From positions 288,001 to 352,000 of the forward strand of contig OZ252100.1 of NCBI GenBank assembly GCA_965248435.1: a DNA stretch of 64,000 nucleotides, given 5' to 3'. Position numbers and translations under genes: made by a program. A model generated the notes under the pieces. The model saw only the letters and a program-made list of their open reading frames with translations. It ran no database searches and was not told where the DNA came from. Positions within the stretch are counted from its first letter, which is position 1, and the number at the start of each line of letters is the position of its first letter. The stretch is from Candidatus Latescibacterota bacterium (lineage in GTDB: Bacteria; Latescibacterota; UBA2968; GCA-2709665). Shown piece by piece: positions 18,960-29,061 of the stretch.

Positions 18960-19919
18960 CTAATCCTGGGACCGAGAGCAGGATCCCCCACCAAGCACGC
19001 AGAATTTGGCACAATGAGGATGGTTCAGCATCACGGCACCGGATGCCTCTCGCAAGGTCCGGCCCATCTCGAATTCCGGGTCGTAGGGTAAGAGGGTGCA
19101 CGAGAGCACCACTGGCTGGCTGGCGCCCCTGCGCTTGACGACCATGCGGGAGGAAGCGCACATCATATCTTTCGGTGAAATTTCCAGGATGTCCCAGCAC
19201 TTCGTCGTGATTTCGGGTACGTCGACCGTTTCATCCATTTCGGGGAAGAGAACTGTTTTGGTAGGATCGTGCGCGTCGATCTGGACGCCCAGGTCAGCAA
19301 ACAGGTCTCTGTAGCCCGCTCTCAAGCTGTCCTCGGGTTCGCCCCAGTAGGTGCGGCCCGCGACTGCCACGTTCAACCCGTTGTCGGAAAGCCAGCTCAG
19401 ACCCTGGATCGTCGGCTCCCACGATCGAATGCCACGTTCCTGTTCGTGCAATTCTCGGGAATAATGATCCACTGAGACGCGAATCTTCAGCATCTTTCCG
19501 AATCTACTTTTCAGGTCCAGGAGCTGATCCTTCAGTTTCATCATGGGACGCATGCCATTGGTCAGCACGAGCACTTCAAAACCACGGGAGAGACACGCCT
19601 CGAACATCTCCGCGATTTCGGGATTCATAAAGGGCTCACCCCCTGTAAAGCCGATTTCCAGGGTGCCGAGTTGATCCCTCTCGATTTCGTCCAAATATTC
19701 AGCCACCTCATCCTTCGTCAAGTATACGAGCCGGTCATTTCGAGGATTAGACTCTATGTAGCAGTTCAGACACTCCAGGTTACATAGGGTACCCGTGTTG
19801 AACCAGAGCGTCTCCAGCCCTTGAAGGGATACAGAAGCCCGCTGCTCGCCTTTCGCGGTGATGTACGGATCACTGAATTTCGTGGGTTCGAAGCGTGTTT
19901 CTGTGAGCGTCTGGGACAC
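18960..19919 (-). CDS. Radical SAM protein (ArsS-related)
   Basis: CNLECLNC, FTGGEPF, LTNG, C-terminal HPHCAKFCVLGGGSCS. Operonic with arsM. Confidence 0.8.
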   Translation of the reverse strand: MSQTLTETRFEPTKFSDPYITAKGEQRASVSLQGLETLWFNTGTLCNLECLNCYIESNPRNDRLVYLTKDEVAEYLDEIERDQLGTLEIGFTGGEPFMNPEIAEMFEACLSRGFEVLVLTNGMRPMMKLKDQLLDLKSRFGKMLKIRVSVDHYSRELHEQERGIRSWEPTIQGLSWLSDNGLNVAVAGRTYWGEPEDSLRAGYRDLFADLGVQIDAHDPTKTVLFPEMDETVDVPEITTKCWDILEISPKDMMCASSRMVVKRRGASQPVVLSCTLLPYDPEFEMGRTLREASGAVMLNHPHCAKFCVLGGGSCSRSQD

Positions 19920-19952
19920 GGCTCGAATCTCCCTTTCTCAAAATGAGTTTGA

Positions 19953-21086
19953 TCAGACCGGCGTTTCGATCGGCTCCCACACCACCCATCCATCATCCAC
20001 CGAAAAGTTTTGCCCCTCCAACGGACCTGTCTCGAGGTTTCCGACGAGGCTTTCCCCTTCGTCATTGACCCGAACGACTTCACGGCGCACACCCGATCGA
20101 AGCGTCAATTCAGTGGAGTGTCCGCCCACCGCGAGTTCGTCATCCTCTGTATCTGTGATGTAAAACTTGAGATTGATTTCCGGTTGGAGGCTGCCCCCAA
20201 CGGTCACCTTGCTGCGGTGCCGGGAGAGCGCTTCGAGCAGGCCAGATAGCCTCTGCTTGTCTGATTCAATTCCAGCGGTCTGCTTGTCCAGCTTACGCGT
20301 CAGGAAAAAGAGATCGTGGACCTTTCGAACCAGAGTGAAAAAGACCTTTCTGTTGTTCGGACCGGCGACGATGAAGCCGACGTTGGCCCGCGTGAGAAGA
20401 CCCACAACCGCCTTGGCAAAGAATTCGAGGAGGGCTCGATCCATCTCATTTGGTGATTTGTCGCCCACCGTTCGATAGAATGGGGCGAGATCTACCTCCA
20501 GTCTGTTACCGCTTCGCCTGATGATCTCACCTATGTTGAAGTCGAAAGAGATACGCGTGGCGTCGAAGAGACTGGCCACTCGCTTCTGATCCAGCTTGAC
20601 CTGTTTCTGAATATAGATGCGCTCCTCTTCGGTTCGCGCCAGCTTTTGCTTCAGTGCCTGCGTTTGGGTTCTCAAGTTGTCCATGCCGCCCGCGGCAACG
20701 ATCGTCTCCACCAAATCATCTCCGACCTGCAGATCTGTGTCTGTTGTCAGACCACAGCGGCTGGCCCCTTTTCCAACGCATATCCGCCTTGCCTTGATGT
20801 GCGCCTGTCGCACATTCCCGAAGATCACGACTTCTCCATCCACGTCGATCCGGCAGAGTCCATCCGATCTCCCGATCACGGAGCCCTCAACCACCAGGTG
20901 TCCGACCCCTCTCACGACCGCTCCGGCCATCACATCGCCTCTGATGTGCACGGTCTCCTCCCCAGCCCCCAGGGCACCGCTGTCTCGCGTCAGGGTGTCC
21001 ATTTCAATCACGGGGCCACCCGAGAGGAGCGTGTCCGTCACCTCTCGAAGGTCGACGCCCATCGAGATTCCGGAGAATCGCGCCAT
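19953..21086 (-). CDS. FapA/DUF342-like beta-helix plus coiled-coil protein
   Basis: VHIRGDV..G..V...G.LVVEGSV repeats followed by a coiled coil. Confidence 0.5.
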   Translation of the reverse strand: MARFSGISMGVDLREVTDTLLSGGPVIEMDTLTRDSGALGAGEETVHIRGDVMAGAVVRGVGHLVVEGSVIGRSDGLCRIDVDGEVVIFGNVRQAHIKARRICVGKGASRCGLTTDTDLQVGDDLVETIVAAGGMDNLRTQTQALKQKLARTEEERIYIQKQVKLDQKRVASLFDATRISFDFNIGEIIRRSGNRLEVDLAPFYRTVGDKSPNEMDRALLEFFAKAVVGLLTRANVGFIVAGPNNRKVFFTLVRKVHDLFFLTRKLDKQTAGIESDKQRLSGLLEALSRHRSKVTVGGSLQPEINLKFYITDTEDDELAVGGHSTELTLRSGVRREVVRVNDEGESLVGNLETGPLEGQNFSVDDGWVVWEPIETPV

Positions 21087-21092
21087 GCGGCA

Positions 21093-21503
21093 TCAATCCG
21101 CCACGGTGCGGCCGTCCCCAAGCTGTCTAACCTCGCTCATGGTCTCAGAGATGCGTTCCGCGCCGTCCAGCAGGCAGTTGAACGTCTTCAGATCGACCGG
21201 TTTGGAGATGATGACATCCGCGCATCCGGCGAGGTCAGGGAGGGTCTCCTCTAAAAGATGCCCGGAAATGATCGCGATGATCGCGTGTGGGCACATGCTG
21301 CGCAGGGGGGAGATGATCTCGAGTCCAGTCACACCGGGCATCCTGATATCGAGGGTAATCAGATCATACGTATTCTGAACCACCCGGCCCAGCGCCTGCT
21401 CTCCAGAAAAGGCGGTGTCGACATCTGTATGACCCCTCTTCTGTGCGGCCGTCGAGAAGAAATCCACGACCGTTTCTTCATCGTCAACGATCAGCATCTT
21501 CAT
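21093..21503 (-). CDS. Single-domain response regulator
   Basis: LIVDDE, LITLDIRMPGVTG, SKP. Confidence 0.85.
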   Translation of the reverse strand: MKMLIVDDEETVVDFFSTAAQKRGHTDVDTAFSGEQALGRVVQNTYDLITLDIRMPGVTGLEIISPLRSMCPHAIIAIISGHLLEETLPDLAGCADVIISKPVDLKTFNCLLDGAERISETMSEVRQLGDGRTVAD

Positions 21504-21513
21504 TGACTTACCC

Positions 21514-23223
21514 TCACGAGAGCGCTTCCACGATACATTCCTGGAGTCTTTCCAAACCCGCCTTCAATTCGCCTGAGATGTAAAGCCGAACCAGCCTCCT
21601 CTTCCGACGACTCAGCGCTCCGAAATCCCCTAGTGCCTGAGCCATATTAAGGACACCGAACGTCAATCTGCGCCCCGATATCTCCAGCTCATTCGGATCT
21701 TCCGCGCCGATCATGACAAAGAGACCACTCTCGGGACCACGTTTATGCAATTGTCCCGTGGAGTGTAGATAACGGGGCCCGAATCCGAGGGTAGTCGCTA
21801 CCCCGGTGCGATCCCGAATCGCAAGACGAATGGCCTGCAATACCTCGAGGGTCGTGGGAACCGGATCCAGATAGGCGCACAGGGCGAGATAATCACCCTT
21901 GCCGAGGCGATTCAAGTGCCTGCGGATGCACTCGGGGAACGAGGTTTCGGACAGGGCCTCAGCGTTGCGATCATCGGCGAAGACCTGTATCCCTGCCTCG
22001 GAAAGGAGGGGCCGATCGGCCGGGAGCTCGCCCCCGGCATCATGGGATTCGATCAGCTCGGTCGTGAGCGCCTTACTCTCCTGAACGTTTGGCTGATCGA
22101 AAGGATTCACGCCCAGGACCGCACCTGCTACGGCCGTGGCCATCTCCCAACGGAAAAATTCTGCTCCGAGGCTGAGCTGGTCTTCGAGCTCGATCCTGAC
22201 GATTGGGTGCCCTGAGGCCCGGACTGCCTCCATAGCCTCATCCTGCTCGGATTCGGGTTCCGAGGCGCGCCGGATGTAGACAAAAAAGCGATCGTCATCG
22301 TAGACCTCCGGAGGTCCCAGCGGCTCGTTCTCGACCGGGATCAGCCCCCGTCCCTCTTTTCCCGTGCTTTCGGCGAGCAGTTGTTCGAGCCACGTTCCGA
22401 AGATCTGGATCTCAGGCGTGATCACCAGCGTTACTTTGTCACGCCCCTGAAGGGCCAGCTCTGCCAGGATGATTCCCAGAACTGCGCCGGGATTCTCCTC
22501 ACAAGGAACGCCTGGACCACATCTTGCGGCCATGTCAGCCGCGCTTCTGAGAAGGCCGGCGAAGTCCAGGCCGATCACTTCGGACGGGACGCGGCCAAAA
22601 TTTGACAGGGCCGAGTACCTGCCGCCTATCTCCGGGTCGCCGTGAAAAACGTAAGCGAATCCCGCTTGCCGGGCAAACGCCTCCAGAGGCGTGCCCGGGT
22701 CCGTGATCGCCGCAAAGTGACCACCCGCATTCTTCCCGACAACCTTTTTCGTCTCCTCGAGAAAGGTGTCGCACAAGACATTCGCTTCAGTCGTAGTCCC
22801 CGACTTGCTGGCGACAATGTAAAGCGTGTGCTCTGGGGATAATTTACTTTTGGCTCGCGCAACCTGACTCGGGACCGTGGAATCCAGGACGTGGAGTTTC
22901 GGAAAACCCTCAGATCCACCGAATGTCAGACTCAGGACCTCGGCGCACCTGCTGCTTCCTCCCATGCCGAGCAGCAGGACATCTCGAAATCCCCGTGCCT
23001 TGATCTCCTGAAAGGTCGAAGCGAGCGCCTGCTCCTCCTGATCGGCGGGCCGAAGCCACCCCAACCACCGGTCTTCATCCGCTCCGGACCAGAGTGTCGA
23101 ATCCCGGTTCCAGATCCTCCTGATGCGCCCTGTCTCATCCCAGGCGCCCAGAGTCTCTTCAACCCGGTCCGCGTAGGGACCCAGAGAACAGACCATGTCG
23201 GATACGGCATGCACGTTGCTCAC
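21514..23223 (-). CDS. pgi: Glucose-6-phosphate isomerase (type found fused to transaldolase)
   Basis: GMGGS, ASKSGTT, GGRYSALS, QLLAESTGK, NPFDQPNVQESK, HSTGQLHK. Confidence 0.85.
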   Translation of the reverse strand: MSNVHAVSDMVCSLGPYADRVEETLGAWDETGRIRRIWNRDSTLWSGADEDRWLGWLRPADQEEQALASTFQEIKARGFRDVLLLGMGGSSRCAEVLSLTFGGSEGFPKLHVLDSTVPSQVARAKSKLSPEHTLYIVASKSGTTTEANVLCDTFLEETKKVVGKNAGGHFAAITDPGTPLEAFARQAGFAYVFHGDPEIGGRYSALSNFGRVPSEVIGLDFAGLLRSAADMAARCGPGVPCEENPGAVLGIILAELALQGRDKVTLVITPEIQIFGTWLEQLLAESTGKEGRGLIPVENEPLGPPEVYDDDRFFVYIRRASEPESEQDEAMEAVRASGHPIVRIELEDQLSLGAEFFRWEMATAVAGAVLGVNPFDQPNVQESKALTTELIESHDAGGELPADRPLLSEAGIQVFADDRNAEALSETSFPECIRRHLNRLGKGDYLALCAYLDPVPTTLEVLQAIRLAIRDRTGVATTLGFGPRYLHSTGQLHKRGPESGLFVMIGAEDPNELEISGRRLTFGVLNMAQALGDFGALSRRKRRLVRLYISGELKAGLERLQECIVEALS

Positions 23224-23285
23224 CTGCTCAAGTCCATCTTTGGGAAGTGAGTCTGGCGTCCAAGGCGACGGTCAGAGCCCCATTA

Positions 23286-24248
23286 TCAACTATACAGGTG
23301 AGCAACGTACTCACCATACCCGTTGTGGATTCGGGTACGCACGCGTTCGCCTGTTCCGATCAGCCTTTCCGTCGCCTGCGACCAGCGAGGATGCGGCACA
23401 CCCGGATTGACGTTAGAATAGAATCCGTACTCAGCGGGCGCGACCTGGTTCCAGAAGGTTTCGGGCCGTTCCCGTGTAAACTCGATCGAAACGATCGACT
23501 TGATACTCTTGTATCCGTACTTCCACGGGACGATCAAGCGGATCGGCGCCCCGTGCTGTTTGGGAAGAGCATGCCCGTAGATGCCAGTTACGAGAAGGGT
23601 CAGGTCATTCATGGCTTCCTGCACGGTTAAAGCCTCAAAGTAGGGCCAGGGATACCAGTGCTGCAGCTCTTGACCGACCGCCTCTTCGGGCCTCAGAAAG
23701 GTAACCATACGGACGTATTTGGCCTCTGACCGGGGCTGGACCTGATCAATCAGGGCTTTGAGCGGAAAGCCGGTCCACGGCACCGTCATCGCCCAAGCTT
23801 CGACACAGCGGAATCGGTAGAGGCGCTCCTCAAGGGGCATCTTGTGAAGCAGATCGTCCACATCCAGGATACCAGGGTTTTCCACCAGCCCTTTTACCTC
23901 TATCTCCCAGGGACGCGTTTTGAAGCGGTCCACAAGCCGCCAGACCTTGTCCTTGATCTCGGAAAACTCGTAAAAATTGTTATACCTGGCCGCCACCCGT
24001 TCTTCCGTCAGCGGGCGAGCGACCGTGAAAGCGGCGTTCCTCCCGGCTGGGTAGATCCCATCGGGCGCATCCGGGACTTTAATCTCGGCGCGTTCTGCAT
24101 CTGAAGGTCTTGCCGTACATCCCAGCAACAGGCCTGCGCCCGACGTTGCGGCCGCCCGCAGAAACCTTCTGCGGTTCAGGTAGATGCCTTCAGGCGTCGC
24201 TTCCCGCTCTGCAATTTCCCATCCCTTGCGAATCCTGATCCCGGACAT
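23286..24248 (-). CDS. msrP: Periplasmic protein-methionine-sulfoxide reductase catalytic subunit
   Basis: Tat motif RRRFL, YNNFYEF, FRCVEAW, PWKYGYKSIKSI, HPRWSQATER. Confidence 0.9.
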   Translation of the reverse strand: MSGIRIRKGWEIAEREATPEGIYLNRRRFLRAAATSGAGLLLGCTARPSDAERAEIKVPDAPDGIYPAGRNAAFTVARPLTEERVAARYNNFYEFSEIKDKVWRLVDRFKTRPWEIEVKGLVENPGILDVDDLLHKMPLEERLYRFRCVEAWAMTVPWTGFPLKALIDQVQPRSEAKYVRMVTFLRPEEAVGQELQHWYPWPYFEALTVQEAMNDLTLLVTGIYGHALPKQHGAPIRLIVPWKYGYKSIKSIVSIEFTRERPETFWNQVAPAEYGFYSNVNPGVPHPRWSQATERLIGTGERVRTRIHNGYGEYVAHLYS

Positions 24249-24265
24249 GCCTGCCTCCATTGCGA

Positions 24266-25072
24266 TTACCGAAGGGCCTGATCGTTCAGGGTCCAGTCAT
24301 AATCGTTGTATTCGATCCCGATGTTCGAATGTTCCACGAGGAAATCCCGATCTGCCTCGGGGAGGTAGAGTCTCAGGTAGTCTGTAATGGCCGCTTGTTT
24401 CGCGTTGTGTTGTTTTCCGTACCATTCAGTAAAATCGTTCTCGAACCAATCGAATATCTTGGACAGGACCACAACTTTCCGCTGCCGATCGATCCGGACG
24501 TTGCGACTCTCCCGAATAAAGAGCCTCATCGCTTCCCCCAGTCGTTCCTCTACCTGCTGAGGACCATATGCCGCCTGCTCCATACGAGGACATCCCAATG
24601 AGGCGCAATTGATCGCGGCGTGAATCCTCGGCTCATCGAATTCCTCTCTCAGGATATCGTGTTCGATGCCGTTGAGCGTATAGGACTGCCCCCCGGCGGT
24701 GAAATGGGTCCGATTGAAAAAACCCGACAGCATCTTGATGTCTTTCACACTTCTGACTGGATAGGCATCAACCACACCCTTCAACACAAATGCATTGTAG
24801 GCGTTGATCCAGTATGCCAGCTTATCGGCGTGTGTTGGAAACCGCCCGGGATGGCTCTTGGGACTCGTGCCTTCCAGCAGTTTGACATAGGCGTCCAAGT
24901 CATCCGATCTCTCTTTCAACCCTGAATAGTCCACGAGTCCCTGATCGTCCACGTAGGTCGACAGGACCCTGTCCAGCCAGGAATGGTCGAAACCTACGCT
25001 GACTTCCGGAGAGCCCGAAATCGGGATACTTTGCGCCAGGATGGACGAGACGATCAGGATGACTTTCCTCAT
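24266..25072 (-). CDS. DUF547 domain protein, exported
   Basis: GLVDY, LAYWINAYNA, EPRIHAAINCASLGCP, LSKIFDWF. Confidence 0.85.
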   Translation of the reverse strand: MRKVILIVSSILAQSIPISGSPEVSVGFDHSWLDRVLSTYVDDQGLVDYSGLKERSDDLDAYVKLLEGTSPKSHPGRFPTHADKLAYWINAYNAFVLKGVVDAYPVRSVKDIKMLSGFFNRTHFTAGGQSYTLNGIEHDILREEFDEPRIHAAINCASLGCPRMEQAAYGPQQVEERLGEAMRLFIRESRNVRIDRQRKVVVLSKIFDWFENDFTEWYGKQHNAKQAAITDYLRLYLPEADRDFLVEHSNIGIEYNDYDWTLNDQALR

Positions 25073-25101
25073 ATCCTTTATAACCTTTCGATTACGATAG
25101 C

Positions 25102-25857
25102 CTATTTGCCTGCTGAAGCCGGAGGAGAAACCTCGTCGGCCTCTACCTGTTTCAGGGCTTTCCGGGCAGCTCGGGTGACCAGTAATGTGACAAATACGGT
25201 CGCCAGAAGGCCTAGCGAGAGGAAACCGTATTCCGCTGGGCTTCGGCCAACCTGGTCCCCTGCGGCGGCCTGAATCCCAGCCCTTCCAGCCACACCCAAG
25301 TATACATACATCACCGTCCCGGGCAGCATTCCGATCCAGCTGGCCAGTACGTAGGGCCAGAAGCTGACCGAGGTCAACCCATAGATATAATTGCTGAGGT
25401 TGAACGGGATCGCCGGACTGAGCCTCAACAGACCGACGATCTTCCAACCCTCTTGCCCAACGGCCCTGTCGATGGCCCGAAATTTCGGGTGGCGCTGCGC
25501 TTTTTCGGCCACCCAGTCACGAGCCAGATATCGCGCAACCAGAAACGCCAGGGCGGCCCCAACCGTCGACCCGATGGAGACCACAACAGTTCCCCACACC
25601 AGACCAAAGATAAAGCCGGATCCCAGCGTAAGGATCGCGCCCGGCAGGAACAACACGGTGGCGATGACGTAGACCGCCGCAAAGACCAGCATCCCAACAC
25701 ATCCCATCTGGCCCACCCAGGTGTTGAAGCTGGCCAACCAATCCCCCAGGGGCAGGGCCTGTCTGGCGACGAGCAGTGCGACGACAACGAGCCCCAGGAC
25801 GATCCATTTCCAGGGAAACTTACCTCCTTCATTCTCCTCTACAGCAATGTCTTCCAA
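25102..25857 (-). CDS. TVP38/TMEM64 (SNARE-associated, DedA superfamily) membrane protein
   Basis: GAALAFLVARY, LLRLSPAIPFNLSNY, GMLPGT. Confidence 0.85.
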   Translation of the reverse strand: MEDIAVEENEGGKFPWKWIVLGLVVVALLVARQALPLGDWLASFNTWVGQMGCVGMLVFAAVYVIATVLFLPGAILTLGSGFIFGLVWGTVVVSIGSTVGAALAFLVARYLARDWVAEKAQRHPKFRAIDRAVGQEGWKIVGLLRLSPAIPFNLSNYIYGLTSVSFWPYVLASWIGMLPGTVMYVYLGVAGRAGIQAAAGDQVGRSPAEYGFLSLGLLATVFVTLLVTRAARKALKQVEADEVSPPASAGK

Positions 25858-25881
25858 GATTTATCTCTCTGATGAGTTAAG

Positions 25882-27363
25882 CTAGAGCTGCCGTCGGTAA
25901 AGCCAGCCGAAGACCGATTTGGCCCTGGGTGTCAATCGCGTCCTGCTGTACTGGTCGCCCACCTTTCGAGCCAACTCGGCAAACGTCGGATAAGCGTGCA
26001 CCGTCGATGCAATATCACGCAACCCAGCCCCAATCTTCATGGCCAGGACAAACTCGTGAAGAAGATCCCCCGCGTGTTCGGAAACGATCGTCGCGCCAAG
26101 GATCTTGTCCCCACCCTTTTCCGTCAACACCTTCGCGAACCCGGCCTCCTCCCGCTCCACGATCGCGCGGTCCATCTCCCCGATCTCCTGGGTATACAGG
26201 TCGTACTTGATACCATTCTCCTCTGCCTCGGTCTCATTCAGTCCGACGCGTGCCACTTCTGGCGAGGTGTAGGTGCACCAGGGGACGACGGAATAGTCCA
26301 CCTTCTGGCGCAGAAGTTTAAACGGCATCAGGATGTTTCTCACGATCACCCGGGCCTGGTGATCGGCCATGTGGGTAAACTGATAGGGCCCGACGATGTC
26401 CCCGCAGGCGTAGATGTGGCTCTGGGAGGTCTGGAGATAATCGTTCACACGGATGCCGCCTTTGTCGTGCGCCACCCCAGCAGCCTCCAGCCCGAGATTC
26501 TCCACGTTGGGAATGCGTCCCGCGGCGATCAACAGGGCCTGCGTCTCAAGGGAGTGGATATCCTCGTTCCCGGCCCTCGGATTCATACGCTGCAGGTCCA
26601 GATGCAGCGTTCCGTTGAGCCGTTTCGCGCCCTTTGCCGCCGTTCCGGTGTGGATCCGGATGCCCTCAGATTCCAGACGCTCCTGGATGAAGGCGCCCAC
26701 ATCAGGATCCTCTTTCACCATGATTTGTGGCAGAAATTCGACGACCGTCACCTTTATGCCTAAACGACACATCACCTGACTCAGCTCGAGCCCGATCGGC
26801 CCACCCCCAATCACCACCATCTCCTCGGGCTTTTCGTTCAGCTCGTCAAAGACGGTCTCGTTCGTATAATATGGCACCTCGTCTATGCCATCGATCGGCG
26901 GAATCCCTGCGCGACGGCCCGTCGCGATCACAAAATGGCTGGCGCGAAGCACCGTTCCATCGTCGATGGCCACTTCGTTTGGGGAGAGAAACCGAGCCTC
27001 CCCCCGAAACACGTCGACGCCAAGCCCCTCGAAGCGTTCCTGCGAGTCGTTTGGCTCGATCTTGGCCCGCCTCTCCCGCATCCGTTCGAATACCTTCCTG
27101 AATTCGAACTTCGGTTCCTGAGCCTCCAGCCCCCATTCTTCTGCCCGACGCATCTGGTCGATGACCCGTCCCGCCGAGATCAGGGCCTTGCTCGGTACGC
27201 ATCCATAGTTGAGACAGTCGCCGCCCATCTTCTTGCGCTCGATCAGGGCGACACGGCCTCCCAGGCCGGTCGTACCTGCTGCGGTCACGAGGCCGGCGGT
27301 ACCGGCACCGATGACTACGGCGTTGTAAACACCCTCCCCTTTTCTATCGCCCAAGGCTGGCAC
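25882..27363 (-). CDS. Pyridine nucleotide-disulfide oxidoreductase (MerA/Lpd-like, lacks the MerA C-terminal CC)
   Basis: GAGTAG, GGDCLNYGCVPSK, GGGPIG, HAYPTFAE. Confidence 0.85.
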   Translation of the reverse strand: MPALGDRKGEGVYNAVVIGAGTAGLVTAAGTTGLGGRVALIERKKMGGDCLNYGCVPSKALISAGRVIDQMRRAEEWGLEAQEPKFEFRKVFERMRERRAKIEPNDSQERFEGLGVDVFRGEARFLSPNEVAIDDGTVLRASHFVIATGRRAGIPPIDGIDEVPYYTNETVFDELNEKPEEMVVIGGGPIGLELSQVMCRLGIKVTVVEFLPQIMVKEDPDVGAFIQERLESEGIRIHTGTAAKGAKRLNGTLHLDLQRMNPRAGNEDIHSLETQALLIAAGRIPNVENLGLEAAGVAHDKGGIRVNDYLQTSQSHIYACGDIVGPYQFTHMADHQARVIVRNILMPFKLLRQKVDYSVVPWCTYTSPEVARVGLNETEAEENGIKYDLYTQEIGEMDRAIVEREEAGFAKVLTEKGGDKILGATIVSEHAGDLLHEFVLAMKIGAGLRDIASTVHAYPTFAELARKVGDQYSRTRLTPRAKSVFGWLYRRQL

Positions 27364-27594
27364 CCCAAAGATGACTTTATGAAGATGAAATTACGGTGAA
27401 AGCGACACGAGTCGCTCCAGACGGCAATCCCTGTGCCAACAAACTGACATGCATAGGTTAACCTTGTATAACTTTTTGATTTCATTAGTGTTCAGAGCAT
27501 TCATGGGGGGCTGCGGTCTTCGATCGATCCGACGGAAGAGCGGCTCACCTCGTATTGGCCCGGCATGTAAACGAGAGAGCGGTAGCATTCGGGT

Positions 27595-28983
27595 CTAGGA
27601 AGAATCGCCTTCGCCGAGTTTATCGAAGAAGGTCAGGTAAGGTTGACCGGCGACCTCACGTCGAAGCAGCATCGCGAACTCCATGAGGTGATAATCCCCC
27701 CACATACAGGACTCCCCGTTGGGGACGCTTTGCCCCTCCTGCACGTGGTCCCAGCCGTTCGGCCGGTGGTAGACCTGGTGGAGGAGCAGGCCCTGATGCC
27801 CTTCATCTTCAGAGAGATATGGGGGCGCAAAGAGGGCGTCCGCAATCGTGAGCGCAGCCTTCCGATACTTGCTGCCCTCTTGACTCCCCAGATAGGAGCC
27901 GAGTCTATAGAGCCCCTGAGCGGTAACGGCCGCCGCCCCGCTGTCCACCGGCTCGAACGCGTTGAAAGGGTCAGCGCGCCGCGTCCGCCAATCTCCCATC
28001 TTTTCCAGCCCCGGTGCCCCGGTGTCCCAGTAAGTGATGCCATCCGCTGCCGTGCCTTGCTCGATGTAGAAGTCGGACGCCGCGACTGCCGGTTTCCTCA
28101 GCATCTCCTCCACCTCGTCGCGGCCCCCGAAGGGTTCCAGATCGTCGTCGCGCACGACTTCGAGGAATTCAAGGAGTTCCGCATAGCCCGTGACGACCCA
28201 GGAAAGCCCGCGGGTCCAGGTGGAGAAGGGCGAGTATCCCTGCTGCGTACTGGGGCAGCGGTAGTTCCCGTCGTTGACATTGAAAACAGACTCGTGCGCG
28301 ACCCGGCCCCTGACATCGTAGGCATCGCGCCCCTCGCCGTAGTAGACATTGAAACGGGCTGTCGTTTCGGCGTGGCGAATCATTCTTTCGAGGAGAGAGA
28401 TCGTCCGATCGTTCTCTCCTAAAAGGACCTGTCCCAACTGGTGGCTCAGTCCCAGCACGCGGCAGGTCCTTATCGTGTCGCAGAAGAGCGAATGTGGCCC
28501 GTTGAAGGAGTAGATATAACCTTTGCCCTCGTTCAGCCGGGTCCAACGCGAGGCCTGGACGGCTCCAGATACCTTTATCGCCAACTCACAGAATCGGTGC
28601 TCCCCTGATTCGTCCGTCAACGCACCTTCGATGATCATCCGTCTCAAATTTCCATAGCTGGAGATCGTGTTGAACCCGTGATCGTGGACTCCGATATGCG
28701 TCAAATGCGATACCATCCGCTCCCCGGTGCCTTCGCGCCCGATCGAGAGGAAGCGCTCGTCTCTCGATGCCTCGAACTGCAGGAGCGCGCAGCCATACCG
28801 GAACCCCTGCGTCCACTCCGTCCAGCCCCTCGAACTGTATTTTCCATCCACGGTGTAGACCGGGGCCCCCGACTCCGGATCCCACGTTGCGTGAATGGAG
28901 GCGATCTTCTTTCCCGCAATCTCGAAGAGCCGCTCGACCTTCGATCCTAAGTCGTTGACCTTCAGTGTTTCGTTGATTTTCAC
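27595..28983 (-). CDS. Glycoside hydrolase GH88-like protein
   Basis: WTEWTQGF, HDHGF, WTRGLSW, YWD, WGDY motifs. Confidence 0.65.
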   Translation of the reverse strand: MKINETLKVNDLGSKVERLFEIAGKKIASIHATWDPESGAPVYTVDGKYSSRGWTEWTQGFRYGCALLQFEASRDERFLSIGREGTGERMVSHLTHIGVHDHGFNTISSYGNLRRMIIEGALTDESGEHRFCELAIKVSGAVQASRWTRLNEGKGYIYSFNGPHSLFCDTIRTCRVLGLSHQLGQVLLGENDRTISLLERMIRHAETTARFNVYYGEGRDAYDVRGRVAHESVFNVNDGNYRCPSTQQGYSPFSTWTRGLSWVVTGYAELLEFLEVVRDDDLEPFGGRDEVEEMLRKPAVAASDFYIEQGTAADGITYWDTGAPGLEKMGDWRTRRADPFNAFEPVDSGAAAVTAQGLYRLGSYLGSQEGSKYRKAALTIADALFAPPYLSEDEGHQGLLLHQVYHRPNGWDHVQEGQSVPNGESCMWGDYHLMEFAMLLRREVAGQPYLTFFDKLGEGDSS

Positions 28984-29061
28984 TGGTGCCCTTCCACCTA
29001 AATGCAGACCGACAGATGATGGTGGTCTACGGTCAGTCGTCCGTGGTCCCGTAGAGCGTTC

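Noticed and set aside
25882-27363. merA completing the mer operon
   Set aside because: No NmerA domain or C-terminal Cys pair, 12 kb away, and in a TVP38/DUF547 context.
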